This document shows, in pieces, positions 41,122-54,385 of a stretch of DNA of 64,000 nt. Numbering within the stretch: position 1 is the first letter of the stretch; each line of letters starts with the position of its first letter. The DNA is from Octopus sinensis. Its lineage: Eukaryota. The DNA is taken from the NCBI RefSeq assembly GCF_006345805.1, contig NC_043006.1, positions 75,702,001 to 75,766,000 of the forward strand. The letters are read 5' to 3'. Made by a program: the position numbers and the translations under genes. Below the pieces are notes generated by a model. That model had not been told where the DNA came from and made no database searches. It saw only the letters and a list, made by a program, of their open reading frames with translations.

Positions 41122-42291
41122 TCTCTTTCTATATAAACGGCAGTTTGTCTGTCTGTGTGTCTGTGTGTCTGTCAGGTTGTACCCTCACCCTGACCACGGC
41201 TTTCAACCGATTCTGATGAAACTTGACACACACATAGCCCAATGTCATAATTCAAAACTAACGCAGCGAAAACTTTGAAGAGTCTCCCCAGTTCTGAAAA
41301 GAATCGATAAATTCGACATCGGGTCGAATTTTTATATGAAACACATTTTTATATGCAACACATTTTTTGTTGTAGTTTTCGCAACTTGCAATCGATTTTC
41401 ACCAAACTCATGGTGAAGCTTAATGTTACCCTAAGAAACTTAATTCTGACGTTAGTTTTCCATGCAATACCTTACCATCAGAAAAAATCGATAAAATCAT
41501 GCCATTTTGGGAAATCGCGTTCAAATTCAAGATGACATATTTTCGACAATATCTTTCACAAATTGGCAGGAATTTTTTTTTTAATTCACAGCGAGCATCA
41601 TGTCTGCTCCAAGGAGCTATATGGCCCTTTTTATTCCAATAGGATACTTTATTACTGGAAAAAATCGGTTAATTAAATCATATGTGGCACACAGCAAACC
41701 GATTTGTGTATTAAACACAAACCACAGACTGTCTAGGGGACGCAACTCGACCTTTTTAACTCTCGGAACACGTGGGGTAAGTATCCCAAAATATATAAAA
41801 ATGTACAAAAACGGCAAAAAAGCGGGCAGCAATGTGAGTGACAACAACGAAAAAGTCAAAAGTGACCAAACTGAACAAACGAATGGCAAAGGTTTTTTGG
41901 TGCACACGACAAAAGCGGTTTATAATAAACCAAGAGTTTGCAAGTAGCTTCCGAGGACCCTTAGGATACGTCAAAAATTTAAGGTAAAACGTTTGGGGTA
42001 GTGGTTATAAAGAAAGTTTAAACAAAAAAAGTATTCGAATAACTTGCGGCTGCAGCAGCTATTAGCAGAAGTGGCGGTGTTGGGGGTAAAGTCTCGAATG
42101 TAATTTCTTCCTGGTACGAATTGGTTGGGTTGAATTATCGATAGCTGTTTGATAGTTATTTGGGAGAGAAGAGAAGACATTGCAACCTACACATGCGCCT
42201 TCGTTTCCTAGAGGGAAAGGACTAGATTGGGATTAGTCGTTGCCTACTAGGGCTTCTAACATACCCGGGCAACGCTGGGCTATGCTGCTAG
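41122..42291 (+). mobile_element. Non-autonomous Helitron (~1.17 kb)
   Basis: Preceded by A and starts TC. Has (TCTG/TG) repeats and accgattctgatgaaactt near the 5' end. The 3' end has a GC-rich hairpin cccgggcaacgctggg, then CTAG followed by T. No TSD. Confidence 0.8.
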
Positions 42292-42993
42292 TCTTATATA
42301 AATGAGCTCAAGCCAAGGTTTCATATCAAATTTTATATCATATAATTTGTAATTATTTTTGATCTTCCGTTTCATTTACTAATCTAAACTTGTCACTTGT
42401 GCTTCAGATATGAAAATTTCATTTTGAACTTTCATATTTACTATGCTGTATTCATTTTTGAGTTTACGTCAACAACTAAAAACCACCTTCATACAGTATT
42501 TATACATTACTTCATAAATATGTAACTGAATGAAGTTGGTTTACATTGAAGTTTAAAATATTTGGTTTTGCAATACGTAATCTTCTTCATCTGATAAGTG
42601 ACGACGTGTTTGTTGTTTATTGCTGAATGTACAAGAATGAATTTCATGAAATGTACAGTGTGCTGAGTGGAGACTTGTGATATTCTCCGCGGTGATGTAT
42701 TTGCAACTCGAATATTTAAAAAGCAGGTGCATACGCATACTGTACTGTACAAAAGATTTGAAGTAATATTTGTATCTTAAAAGATTGGAAGTAATATCTT
42801 GTGTTTCAGAAGCGAGGCGCATCATTTTCAGAATCTTGTGGAACATCTAGACACCGTTATCACATTTGCACTATAATTCCCATGTTTGTGACAATTAAGT
42901 TCTGAACTTGAGAAATGAATAAACAAAATAATATCACAGTAGAGTGACTTGTGCACAGTTTCTGGGTGGCAAAACTATTCTTATTCGAAAATA

Positions 42994-43535
42994 TTGGGTT
43001 GTCCGAAAGTTCGTGCCGATTTTTGAAGGAGAGAAAAAGGTCAATAAATACATTTTTGATGAACCAAATATGAACCATTTTGTTGCACAATGCGTCTCCA
43101 TCTTTCCTTTAATGTGAAAATACCCTCTTCCCAGAACTGAGGTGGTTTCATGGCAAAGAATTCATCAAGGTATCTTTTTACGTCATCCAAGGAATTGAAA
43201 TTTTTACCATTAAGTCTATTCTGCAGAGACCTGAATAAGTGGAAATCCAAAAGAGCAATATCTGGTGAATATGCAGGGTGGAGTAACACATCCCAGCCGA
43301 GGTGCAGCAATTTTTGTCTGGTTCCCAAAGCATCATGTGCCGAAAATGAACTTTCTTATCTTCTATTTTAAATGGTTACATAATTAATACATAAATCTCC
43401 TTCCACGAAAAGATAGATTAAACTGTACTCTAAATGGAGGTGTAGTCAAATCCTATTTTATGGACTCAACCATGTTCTAAAATAAGTCGAATGGTAAGCT
43501 ACTATAAATCGGCATGAACTTTCCAGACAACCCGA
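42994..43535 (-). mobile_element. Internally deleted mariner (mellifera-like) with both TIRs
   Basis: TA flanks. TIRs ttgggttgtccg-aaagttcgtgccgattt and tcgggttgtctggaaagttcatgccgattt. EDKKVHFRHMMLW is joined to TRQKLLHLGWDVLLHPAYSPDIALLDFHLFRSLQN. Confidence 0.92.
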
Positions 43536-43693
43536 TATCTATACGTACACCAAAACTTCACTTAGATTTAGAGATAAATATAATTAAAATTTAGGAGTTG
43601 TTATCTTTTCGAAAATTAGTTGCCCAAGATCGTGATTATGATGAATTCAGACTGGGCATGAATCCATTAACTTTCTTAACAGTATTAATAAAT

Positions 43694-44046
43694 TTACTCT
43701 TTACTCTTTTACTCTTTTACTTGTTTCAGTCATTTGACTGTGGCCATGCTGGAGCACTGCCTTTAGTCGAGCAAATCGACCCCAGGACTTATTCTTTGTA
43801 ATTCTATCGGTCTCTTTTGCCGAACCGCTAAGTTACATATACACACACACACGCACACACACATATATATATATGCATATATACGACGGGCTTCTTTCAA
43901 TTTCCGTCTACCAAATCTACTCACAAGGCTTTGGTCGGCCCAAGGCTATAGTAGAAGACACTTGCCCAAGGTGCCACACAGTGGGACTGAACTAGGAACC
44001 ATGTAGTTTGTAAGCAAGCTACTTACCACACAGCCACTCCTACGCC
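43694..44046 (-). mobile_element. SINE family B
   Basis: Near-consensus head and tail, with an internal deletion near the microsatellite. Confidence 0.9.
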
Positions 44047-44237
44047 TATGATAACATTTTTTTTTTCTTATATGCACATATTTTAAATCATATATGAAAA
44101 ATTTAATAAACAGTTAACTTTTACCACGATTCCAACGTAGCAGGTATTCTCCAAAATTTATCTGCAATGTTACATTTTATTTTGAACCGTGTTTTTAGTG
44201 AAGGTCAATAATACGTCAATAACATAGGCAGAACAAA

Positions 44238-44482
44238 GGTGGCGAGCTGGCTGAAACGTTTGCACGTTGGGCGAAATGCTCAGTAAGTATTTCGTCTACC
44301 GTTACGTCCTGAGTTCAAATTCCGCCGAGGTCGACTTTGCCTTTCATCCTTTCGGGGTCGATTAAATGAGTACCAGTTACGCAGTGGAGTCGATATAATC
44401 GAATTAATCTATCCTTGTTTGTCCTCTCTGTGTTTGGCCCCTTGTGGGTAGTAAAGAAATAGGTATTTCGTCCATATTTACG
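44238..44482 (+). mobile_element. SINE family A monomer plus start of a second unit
   Basis: ggtggcgagctggc head, core, then tail-1 ..gtaaagaaataggtatttcgtc. Confidence 0.9.
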
Positions 44483-45949
44483 ATCAGAGGTTCTTACTCC
44501 TTGCAAAGGCATAAATGTCAGAATTGATTTCATATATGTGCCAGAGGGGTTGCTACGTGAGCATAATTTTAGATTTTGGATCGTCATCCAATTGTGTACC
44601 CTTCTATGTCTACATCTTATGTTTTTACCTCAGTGGGTTATATTCATCAGAACTAGCAATCAATGTAACATTCTCATCAAATTCTACATGACCTCCGACC
44701 CCGTATCTCACCCATAAAATTCCATGTTAAATATAATTGTTTAATCATTTTTGTACTAAAGAATACCAATCTAAAATTCATCTCGGCCTTCATATTCCAT
44801 ACAAGCATAAAAATAATGGAGTATGTATCCAGTGATTCAAACTGAAGAGATAGTGTTGGATTGTAAAGGCTATTGGTGCTATCCGAATTCCCATCTTCTA
44901 TGTAGTTAAACTCCTTTCTGTTCAATAAGATGTAGGAACAAAACATTCCCTGTTTCATAAAATGAGATTTATTTGATATGCAAAATAATGTACACATGTG
45001 CGCAAATGTGTCCAAGCGCACACACACACATACACACACGCATACAGTTCAAACTTACAGAAAACAAAAGACGAAGACATGTGAAGGAGTAACAAGCAAT
45101 GTATATCATAATATAGAAAGAAATAAGATATTTATATACGTTTCATTAAACTGCGGAACAACAGTCGTTAAATAAGAATTTTCAATGGTGAACTAAATTT
45201 TATCATGCTAAATGTCTTTCGCTATACGGGTGGTATACGGATAGTATACCATCTTTGCCCTGTATACTACAGATAGTATACCATTTTTGCTCTTTCTTGT
45301 GCCTGCTTCAATTATTGTTTTCTCACTGTCGCACACAGGGGGAGCCCTTGTAGCAGCACAAGCAGTCAGCGCCATATTGGATGAGGTCTCGCGGCAGCCA
45401 TTGCGATCTCTGAGACTGGAGAGAGACTTCATCTGCATCCACTTGCCATGCGCGAGATCACAACGAGGCTCGCTATGGCAAACTGGATATAAGAGCAAAA
45501 CAGAAACAGATTCATTCATTTCCGCTTCTTCGCAGCAGCGCTTGCTGAACACACTTCACTGACTGGGCCTGTTGCATGCTGTACCCTCAGAGGCAATGCG
45601 CCCGCGCTAATGGAGATACAATACCACGCACACAGCTCGAGATGGTTGCTGAAAGCCACGCATTCCACCTGGTCTGTGAAACTTGTAAATAAACCGGTTG
45701 TAAATTGCATTTGCACTTAAAGATTTCTTTCTTCGCCTGCCGGACCCTGAAATACATGAAGAACAAGATATAATGGGAGAAGGCGATATTATCCCGATAT
45801 CGTAAACCTTGCCTTCCGTTATACACTAAAGCGGTTTTTTTCCAAAGCTTGGTTCAAACGCTCTAATTACTGACAGTAGACTTGCGTATTGATTGTTGCA
45901 TTAGGTGGTAACAATTCAAAGTGAATTACTCCTTTGCAATATCACCAGA

Positions 45950-46687
45950 TAGAAGAACACTTTTTCCATGAAGTTCCAATCTCCGTTCTGGTTTAGCTTT
46001 TTACCTTTTACCAAACCACTGTTTAAGACGTTTAGCATTTCGATAGAAGATCCATTTTTCGTCACGAGTCACAACTCTATCTAAAAAGGATGAAATAAGT
46101 GAAGAGCAGAAGTCAACTCGGGATTTGCGGTTGCTTTCGGAGAATCCACGAGGCACCCATTTTCCAAGTTTAGGAACCTTTCTAAGTTGTTGAAGATGAC
46201 AATGAACAGTTGTATGATTTGAACTAAGCTTTATTGCCAATTTTTCAACTGATAATTCAGGCTTTTCTTCAAGTAATGCCTCAAGGAGCTTCTCATCAAA
46301 CGTAACTAGACATCCTGTTCGATCTTCATCTTCAAGGCTGAAATCTCCACTTCTGAATTTTGCAAACCATCTTCTACAAGTTCTTTCATTCATGCATTCT
46401 TTCTCATAAATTGAGTGTATGTTTCGAGTCGCTTCGGCTGTAGAGTTTCCTTTTTGTAATCATAGAGCATTATGTGCCTCAAATGTTCTTTGGATACTTC
46501 CATGTTAGGAAGGGTTTTAATCAAAGAAATTTTAATTCTATTATTCTGTAAAATGATATCTAATTAGTTTAAATATATACAAATGCATAAAAATAATTTT
46601 TAATTCCATTAGACATTATAAAATGCTATTAAGTTACATTCAATTTTAAAAAAGGTAAATTCGGACAGAACTTATGGGATGATCTGA
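45950..46687 (-). mobile_element. 3'-truncated mariner
   Basis: 5' end TA-tcagatcatcccataagttctgtccg; ATG at 46503. MEVSKEHLRHIML..RRWFAKFRSGDFSLEDEDR..GKWVP..VVTRDEKWIFY. Confidence 0.9.
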
Positions 46688-46982
46688 TACACTGACACAG
46701 ACAGACAGACACACACACATACACACAAATATATGTGCGTTTGTGTGTGTGTGTGTATGTGTGTGTATGAATGTACATATGCATGCATGGATGAGTAAGT
46801 AAATATTCACATGTGGCCCGCGATATGATTTTATGAGGAAGACAATCAGTTGCTCATAATTGAAAGACTCCTGCCAGACAGAACCAATGATTATTATAAG
46901 GAAAAGACTGCCGACTTCAACCGATATAGTTTAGCATCATTGGCCTTGCAGCAGTCGCTCCTCCCGGGGCCCAAAAAGCCAG

Positions 46983-47064
46983 CTGATGATGATATTGGTG
47001 ATGGTGTTTGTGGTAGTAGTACTGACGACGACGACGATTATGATGGAGAAGCTGATGATGATGC

Positions 47065-47121
<57 letters not shown>

Positions 47122-47146
47122 CGATGAAGATGAAGATGACGATGAC

Positions 47147-47181
<35 letters not shown>

Positions 47182-47203
47182 CGACGATGAAGATGAAGAT
47201 GAC

Positions 47204-47245
<42 letters not shown>

Positions 47246-47380
47246 ATAAAAATCGATATAATGGTAATCGATGGTGATACCGACGATGATGATAATATTT
47301 ATGACGATGCTTCTGCTGGCGATGATGGTGATAAAGAATGATGATGATGATGATGACAACAATACAACGACAACGACGAT
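46983..47380. repeat. (GAT)n microsatellite with degenerate flanks
   Basis: Directly visible; generates poly-D, poly-M and poly-I ORFs. Confidence 0.95.
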
Positions 47381-47674
47381 TACATTAACGCCGCGTAGGA
47401 CGAAGAAAGATAAACAAAATCCAAAGAGTAATAAAACGAACGTGACCGGATGAAAGTTCAGCCTTAGTTTTTCTCTTTCTGTCTTTTTTTAATTCATTAT
47501 TTAACACTTCAAAGCCTCGAATGAAATATAATAAACTCCATTTGTTAATGTTTATTCCATATTTGAGAAAAAAAAAATTATTTCATCATTCATTTATTTT
47601 GCGAATTTCTGGTCAATGTAATATTCTATAAATACACCACAGGCAAGACACACATATAAATATGTATGCATACA

Positions 47675-47728
<54 letters not shown>

Positions 47729-47741
47729 GTATCTCTCTCTG

Positions 47742-47774
<33 letters not shown>

Positions 47775-47783
47775 ATGTGTGTG

Positions 47784-47830
<47 letters not shown>

Positions 47831-48555
47831 ACATATATATGTATACATATATATATTGATATACATCTATAAATATATATATATATTTGCGTACATACGT
47901 ACATACATTTACAAGCACATGAAGGAAAGTAGATATGGCAGTGAGAGAGAAATAATAGCATATGCGAAATAGGAACTCGTTAATATGCATTATGGAATAT
48001 TGAGTCAGAAGGATATAGTGTAATGGCATAAGCGAATGAAAAGTCTGCGAAATATTATGGCACGTTCGTATAATCATTTGGATTCAATCCCAATGGTTTC
48101 CAAAGAGAATGCATTACTTTCCGAAATGATTCATTTACTAAAGCTGATGCAACTCATCCGTGTCTGTGGAATATGTATTTCCTCCATATTCAGATATTGG
48201 CGCAAGTGTAAAAATGACTTATATCAAAGAATGAATTATTTTGGTCTGAAAAAAAAAAAAAAAAAAAAACAGCCAAAGACCAGAATATAAAGATAAAATA
48301 AAGCAATAATGAGTTTACGTAAGCAGCTGTAAATGCATGATCGGATTGTATGTGTGTATATATATATGTGTCTGTGTGTGTGTGTGTGTGTGTGTGCTTG
48401 TGTACAAACACACATTCACGCCCGCGCCCGCATATGTGTCTCTATATATATATCGAGTATTTATGTTCATAAATGTTTGTAATCACCTTGTTTTCTCTTA
48501 CCTTCTGTCTATATAGGTACATATACATGGTTGTCTACGCACTCAAAAACACACA

Positions 48556-48602
<47 letters not shown>

Positions 48603-48728
48603 GTGTGTGAGTGTGTATGTTTGTATTTATGTGGGTGTGTGAGCATATATGCATCTGTACACAAAGAGACACTTATCTGCATAGATGCACATGTATACAC
48701 GCAAAAAGATACATACGCACATATGTGC

Positions 48729-48782
<54 letters not shown>

Positions 48783-48790
48783 ATTGTGTA

Positions 48791-48821
<31 letters not shown>

Positions 48822-48909
48822 GTATATATATACATCTATCTATGTAACTATCCATATCTGCGTTTCCCCCTATATATGTATATATATGGATTTTTTCAGT
48901 CTCAGTCAG

Positions 48910-49100
48910 ACTTTTTAATTAATTGTTTTTAACTAAACAGTTTGAAACTTCTGATACTAGTTGAATGTCTCACGTAGAACACGGTTTATTCCTAAGGTTT
49001 TTTCCATAAAATTTTGTATTTTAGAAGTTATTTCGTGTTAAAGATGTCATATGTGGGTAATTTAAACTAATCAATGACGTGTATTCACTTGAGGAAAGTC
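48910..49100. repeat. Unclassified dispersed repeat; inverted homolog at ~62495-62685
   Basis: taactaaacag..aaactt..atactagttgaatgt..taatcaatgacgtgtattc aligns with the reverse complement of 62495-62685. Confidence 0.6.
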
Positions 49101-49158
49101 ACTGCTGTTTTGCGAAAGTAATGGAAGAGTAACAATTTCCAGGTCATCGGATCATGAA

Positions 49159-49221
<63 letters not shown>

Positions 49222-49475
49222 GTAGGAGAAAAATATAAAAGATAAGAAAGGTGTGTGAGAAAAATAGAAAGCTCTTTTATAAGGAATCGGTGAGAAAAAC
49301 AAAATTTTCTTTTATAAGGAATATATTCGTGTGTGTGCGTGTATTTTTTCATCTTATCCAATATGTCCTCTCGTTTATGCATTGTTAGCGTGTGACATAC
49401 ATATACAAACATATACAAACAATGAGTTTACATGCTGACTCGATCTCGTTGGGTGTATATTTAAATCTAAGGCTA

Positions 49476-49541
49476 CCCGCTGAGGAAGACGGCCTCGGTA
49501 AATCTTATTTTACTGGAATAAGTCAGAAACCATGGTCCGGG
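49476..49541 (+). ncRNA. Type I hammerhead ribozyme
   Basis: cccg-CTGAGGA-a-gac...gtc-a-GAAA-ccatg-GTC-cggg. Stem I is perfect, stem III is palindromic (accatggt), and the triplet is GUC. Confidence 0.8.
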
Positions 49542-49860
49542 AATTAAATTAGATGGTAAATGTTTTAAATGTTCATTCCCTTCGAGACTTTAACCCTAAT
49601 TAGCGACTTGAACTTTAACTGTTCTTTCTAGCGCAAAGCTTTCCTATTATGGAAGCCTCTTAATGTGTTTTAATGTACATGATATTTATATGAATAATAT
49701 ATAAGCTATTGAATAATTTCTTTGCGCTAGAGCACTGGTAGTAAAAATTCCTATAATTCTTATTACCCTAATATTATTTATTATATATATATATATTTCT
49801 ACATACGAGCATATATATATATATACACACACATACATGTATACATATGTGTAGATATAT

Positions 49861-50805
49861 ATAAAACCGGCTGACAAGGGTGGATCCGTGGTGGTGTGGC
49901 GCGCAGCCTTCTACAAGGCAGAAGCTGTCCGCCAACTTCAAGACACTTCCTTCTCTTGCCTTCTGCCCTCCAACGCCACGCCTACCTACCAACAGAGTGT
50001 GTCCGCCACTAGTCATGAACGTATCTCCTCCTCCCATTTCCCTCTCACCGCCTCCAACCTCTTTGTCCACACTCCACGCAACTCCACCATTTATTTCCTT
50101 CCCCAAATCCACTAGCCCAATAATTCCGGCCGCCCCTTCGTCTCCGCTTGTAACTACTCCATGGAATTGATCTCAAAATATCTTAACCGTGTCCTTTCGC
50201 TCCTAGTAGCTTGCCTCCTCTTCCACATCTATGACACTAACCATGCTCTCCCTCTCTTCAACTCTTTCCCCTTGTCTTCTGGCCCCTCTAAACTTCTTTT
50301 CACTTTTGATATCAATAATCGAAATACGGTGATCCCACACAACGAATAACCTCTTGCACTCAAACACTTCTTAGACCTCACACATCCACACTTCTTCGTC
50401 TGACCGAACTTGTTCTCTCCCTCAACTGCTTCTCTTTCATGGAAGAGTTTTACCAATATGTCTCGGGAGTGGCCATGGTAACAAGAACGGGACCCAGCTA
50501 TGCTAACCTGTTAGTTGGGCCCAACGCGCACCTTCGTTTTGGGATCACCATCACTTTATTATCTCCCCTTCTTTCTACCTCTCCTCTCAAATCGTCCTTT
50601 CCAAACCAGTTGCCATGCTTGATCAATAAATACACAAGTTTTTTATTATCATTCTCTCTCTCTCTCTCTCTGTTTCTTTTCTCTTATTCCTTTCTTTGGG
50701 GAGAGTGGGCTCGAAACGTAAAAGAATTTCTCACTTTTCCGAGCGTCAAACTAAAACACCTTCGTTGTTCATACATTTTCGTCTTTTGTTTTTCTGTAAC
50801 TTTCA
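49861..50805 (+). mobile_element. Penelope-like element: RT fragment plus terminal repeat
   Basis: IKPADKGGSVVVW..YFLPQIH..GRPFVS..GVAMVTRTGPSYANLLVG (to ~50520) are Penelope RT motifs. A degenerate hammerhead gctcgaaacgta lies at ~50690-50725. Confidence 0.88.
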
Positions 50806-50806
50806 A

Positions 50807-50850
<44 letters not shown>

Positions 50851-50866
50851 ACACACACACACACAT

Positions 50867-50919
<53 letters not shown>

Positions 50920-51079
50920 AAAACAGGATGAGGTAGAAAATGGTAAAATAATGTTATCATGAAGAACATTTTAGTACTGGTTCAGTCTTTGCTTCTTTTT
51001 CAACTTGCTTTAAAGCATGAAACACAATTAAATTATGGAAAAATTAAATGAAATGCTTTTTAAAAATATTTCCATAATT

Positions 51080-51830
51080 TTCAGATACGTGGGACATTGT
51101 CCTTCTCTCTCTCTCTCTCTTTCTTTTACTTTTGTGAAGACTCAGTAGCGTAAAGATCTGAAGAAACATTTAATAAGAGGCATGTGATTCCTGGATTTTG
51201 ATTGTTTAAGCAGCTGTAACCGAGGAGGGAGACTGTGAGAAGAAGATAAAGAAGCGGAAGAAGTAAAAGGCGTAGGAAAAGAAGAGAAAGAATAAGAAAA
51301 ATACAGGTGCGGTATGACTAGTAGGCTGTTGGTAAAGTATTCTTAAATGGTCAAGTGACCTAAAAGTGATTGTTGTGGTTATAGAAGTAGTGATTAGAAT
51401 TGTTCTGAATAAGTAAATAGGTAGTGACTGTTCTGAATATATCGTTTCTAATATTTGCGTGGATATTTTCTAAGGTCCTTATAATAGTGTCATTTGTGGT
51501 GGGAGCATTCAAAAGGGGTTTATATTTTGCGATAGAATATGACTCTCTACTAATGTGCTGATTATAGGTTGCATCGCCCTATAATTCATGGAGTGGAAAA
51601 ATTCTGAAGCTAGGTTGGTCGTTAGTGGTGCAAATGTCGATGAGTTCACTAAATGCTATTTTTTCTGTATTCCCGAATTTTAATCTGGGATCTATGTAGA
51701 GTCATCCTTTGGTGTTGACTGTTTTTGGTTTAGCCTTTCTACTGCTCTCGACACCCTGAGCATGCTAATGCATATATTAGGTTTTCCGAAGCACATGTGA
51801 AGGTGTTTTCCACTGTAAAACGATGATCTT
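51080..51830 (-). mobile_element. Penelope-like GIY-YIG endonuclease C-terminal remnant and 3' region
   Basis: Minus strand SQIKIREYRK..AFSELIDIC..PSFRIFP..RESYSIAKYKPLLNA resembles the PLE endonuclease end (RExxxIxxxxPxLN). Confidence 0.65.
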
Positions 51831-51943
51831 GTTTCAAGGAGAACTATTTAAACAGACATGACACCAAGAACAAGAACACAATACAAAATGATTAGTAACA
51901 CCATACCTATGTAATCCTAACGTCTTTTTAGTTTTTATATAAC

Positions 51944-52020
51944 CTACTGACGAGTAGTTTCTGATAACTCAGATTTTCTAATACGAATATCTTATCTTTC
52001 TGTACGAAACAATTCTATAG
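51944..52020 (+). ncRNA. Degenerate hammerhead ribozyme
   Basis: cta-CTGACGA-gta...tac-GAAA-caattc-TA-tag. Stem III is one mismatch from the palindrome acaattgt. Confidence 0.5.
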
Positions 52021-52577
52021 AAAGATGAGTAATACAACCTATTATCCAACTTAACATCTAATTTCCTCCATTTACATAAAAATGAATGAATTTGTTCAAC
52101 TGTGCTTAATAAGGTTTAATCATGTACTTTATATTTCTATATAAGTTTTCATATTTACACAAATTTACACAAGGAAATTCAAAAGTAAACTATGAAGGAA
52201 CAACGTTAGAAATCTTTGGAAATTACTCCAATTAAAGGACGGACTCGTATTCAATCATTTAAATATAACAGTATTGATATAATATATTAACATATTATTA
52301 TTATTATTAATTAAATATGTATATATATATATATACATGTAATCTATACTTATATTTATATTTACTTATATTTATATTCTCTTTTATATATATTCTACTT
52401 ATACAACATTACTCTTTTATGTACACTTTTTTATGTACATTCTTTTATGTACACCGATTTGTTCTGCTTTTTATATTTAACTCTACAGTCTCTTATGTGG
52501 TGGTTTAATAAAATATGTGATTGAGTATTATCTGTAATTGATATTTGATTTAGATGTATATCTCCATTCTCTTATCT

Positions 52578-52609
<32 letters not shown>

Positions 52610-52617
52610 TATATATA

Positions 52618-53103
52618 GGCGCAGGAGTGGCTGTGTGGTACGTAGCTTGCTAACCAGCCACATGGTTCCGGGTTCAGTCCCACTGCGTGGCATCTTGGGC
52701 AAGTGTCTTCTACTATAGCCTCGGGACGACCAGTGCCTTGTGAGTGGATTTGGTAGACGGAAACTGAAAGAAGCCTGTCGTATATATGTATATATATATA
52801 TATATGTGTGTGTATGTGTTTGTGTGTCTGTGTTTGTCCCCCTAGCATTGCTTGACAATCGATGTTTACATCTCCGTCCCTTAGCGGTTCGGCAAAAGAA
52901 CCGATAGAATAAATACTGGGCTTAGTATTTGCTCGACTAAAGGCGGTGCTCCAGCATGGCCGCAGTCAAATGACTGAAACAAGTAAAAGAGTAAAAGAGT
53001 AGAAGAGCGAGAGAGTGTATATATATATATATATATATATGTATTGTATTCAAGGCGGTGCCTCAGCATGGCCGCAGTTTAATGACTGAAAGAAGTAAAA
53101 GAT
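52618..53103 (+). mobile_element. SINE family B with duplicated 3' tail
   Basis: Full copy 52618-53000. The tail aaggcggtgc..cagcatggccgcagt..atgactgaaa is repeated at ~53052-53103. Confidence 0.9.
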
Positions 53104-53105
53104 AT

Positions 53106-53136
<31 letters not shown>

Positions 53137-53654
53137 AGGAGAGAGAAAAGGGGACAGAGATAGAGATTGAGAGTGAGAGAGATAGAGAGAGCCAAACACC
53201 ACAATGCATACATGAATGCCGTAGCGATACAGCAACTCTTCAGTGAATCATATATACTCACACGTGCACGTACACAAACACACACACACACATACAAACA
53301 CTCACACACACACATACACACACACAATCTCACACACACGGATATTTGAGTAAATAGGTAGATGCAGTGTTCTTCTTTCCTTGTATTTGTACCTGATATT
53401 TCGTATAACACTATTTTCCATGCTGCTCACCAACATCACTGCTAGAATACATAATTGGTTCCATAAGTGTGTGAACAGGCAGCATGTGAACCACACTTGC
53501 ATTTACGTGCGTACATACGTATGCATGCATGTATGTATGTATGTATGTATGTATGTATGTATGTATGTATGTATGTATGTATGTATGTACGTGTGTATGT
53601 ATGTACATGAATGCATGAACGCACGTATGTATATATATATCTATAACTATATCT

Positions 53655-53746
<92 letters not shown>

Positions 53747-54385
53747 TATATATATGCATATCTGTATGTATTTGTATTTATACACACTCACACACAGCTA
53801 TATGAAGCATGTGTGTTTATATATACATATGTATGAATCTTTAATTATATATTTATCTATCGCTGAGTGTTTGGTCTGTCTGCCTGGGCGCCTGTATGTA
53901 ATACGTATATACTATCGTTTTATTCATTTCCATAATGGTACAAGCGTTGATGATCGGATTTAGTAAGCGAAAGCATAAACACAGCAGCTTTTGAGACAAC
54001 CGCGCGTATAGATTTCCTATTGAATATATGTTAAATAAACATATATTTAATATCGCTGAGTAAATATGCAGTTCCCACTAATCCTATATGATTTGCCGAC
54101 ATATAGTGTGAAATTGGTCGTCATATATCTATGTTTTGACATTAAGAATTGATGTCTGTATTATATTTTGTAAATAACGTTTTACGTACGTGGCGTTTCA
54201 AATCACTACTGTTGTGGTATTTTGTTATTAAATCCCGCTTGCCGATCTAAAATCACTTATGTAAATGACTCAATGCTGGTTGTATTTCTTTTGCCTTTCT
54301 CGTCATGATTTTTTGGTTCATGACCTGGGTGATTCAGAAATGTTTTACACAACTTTACTGAGTCGTATGATAAACAGAACGTATC

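Noticed and set aside
42553-45039. ORFs 42553-42846 and 44677-45039 (and 35758-35961) as host exons
   Set aside because: No recognisable domain and no consistent splice-site chain; lengths are within chance expectation.
46850-47341. Poly-Asp 163-aa ORF resembling an acidic biomineralisation protein
   Set aside because: It is a (GAT)n microsatellite open in several frames, with a non-ATG start and no signal peptide or splice support.
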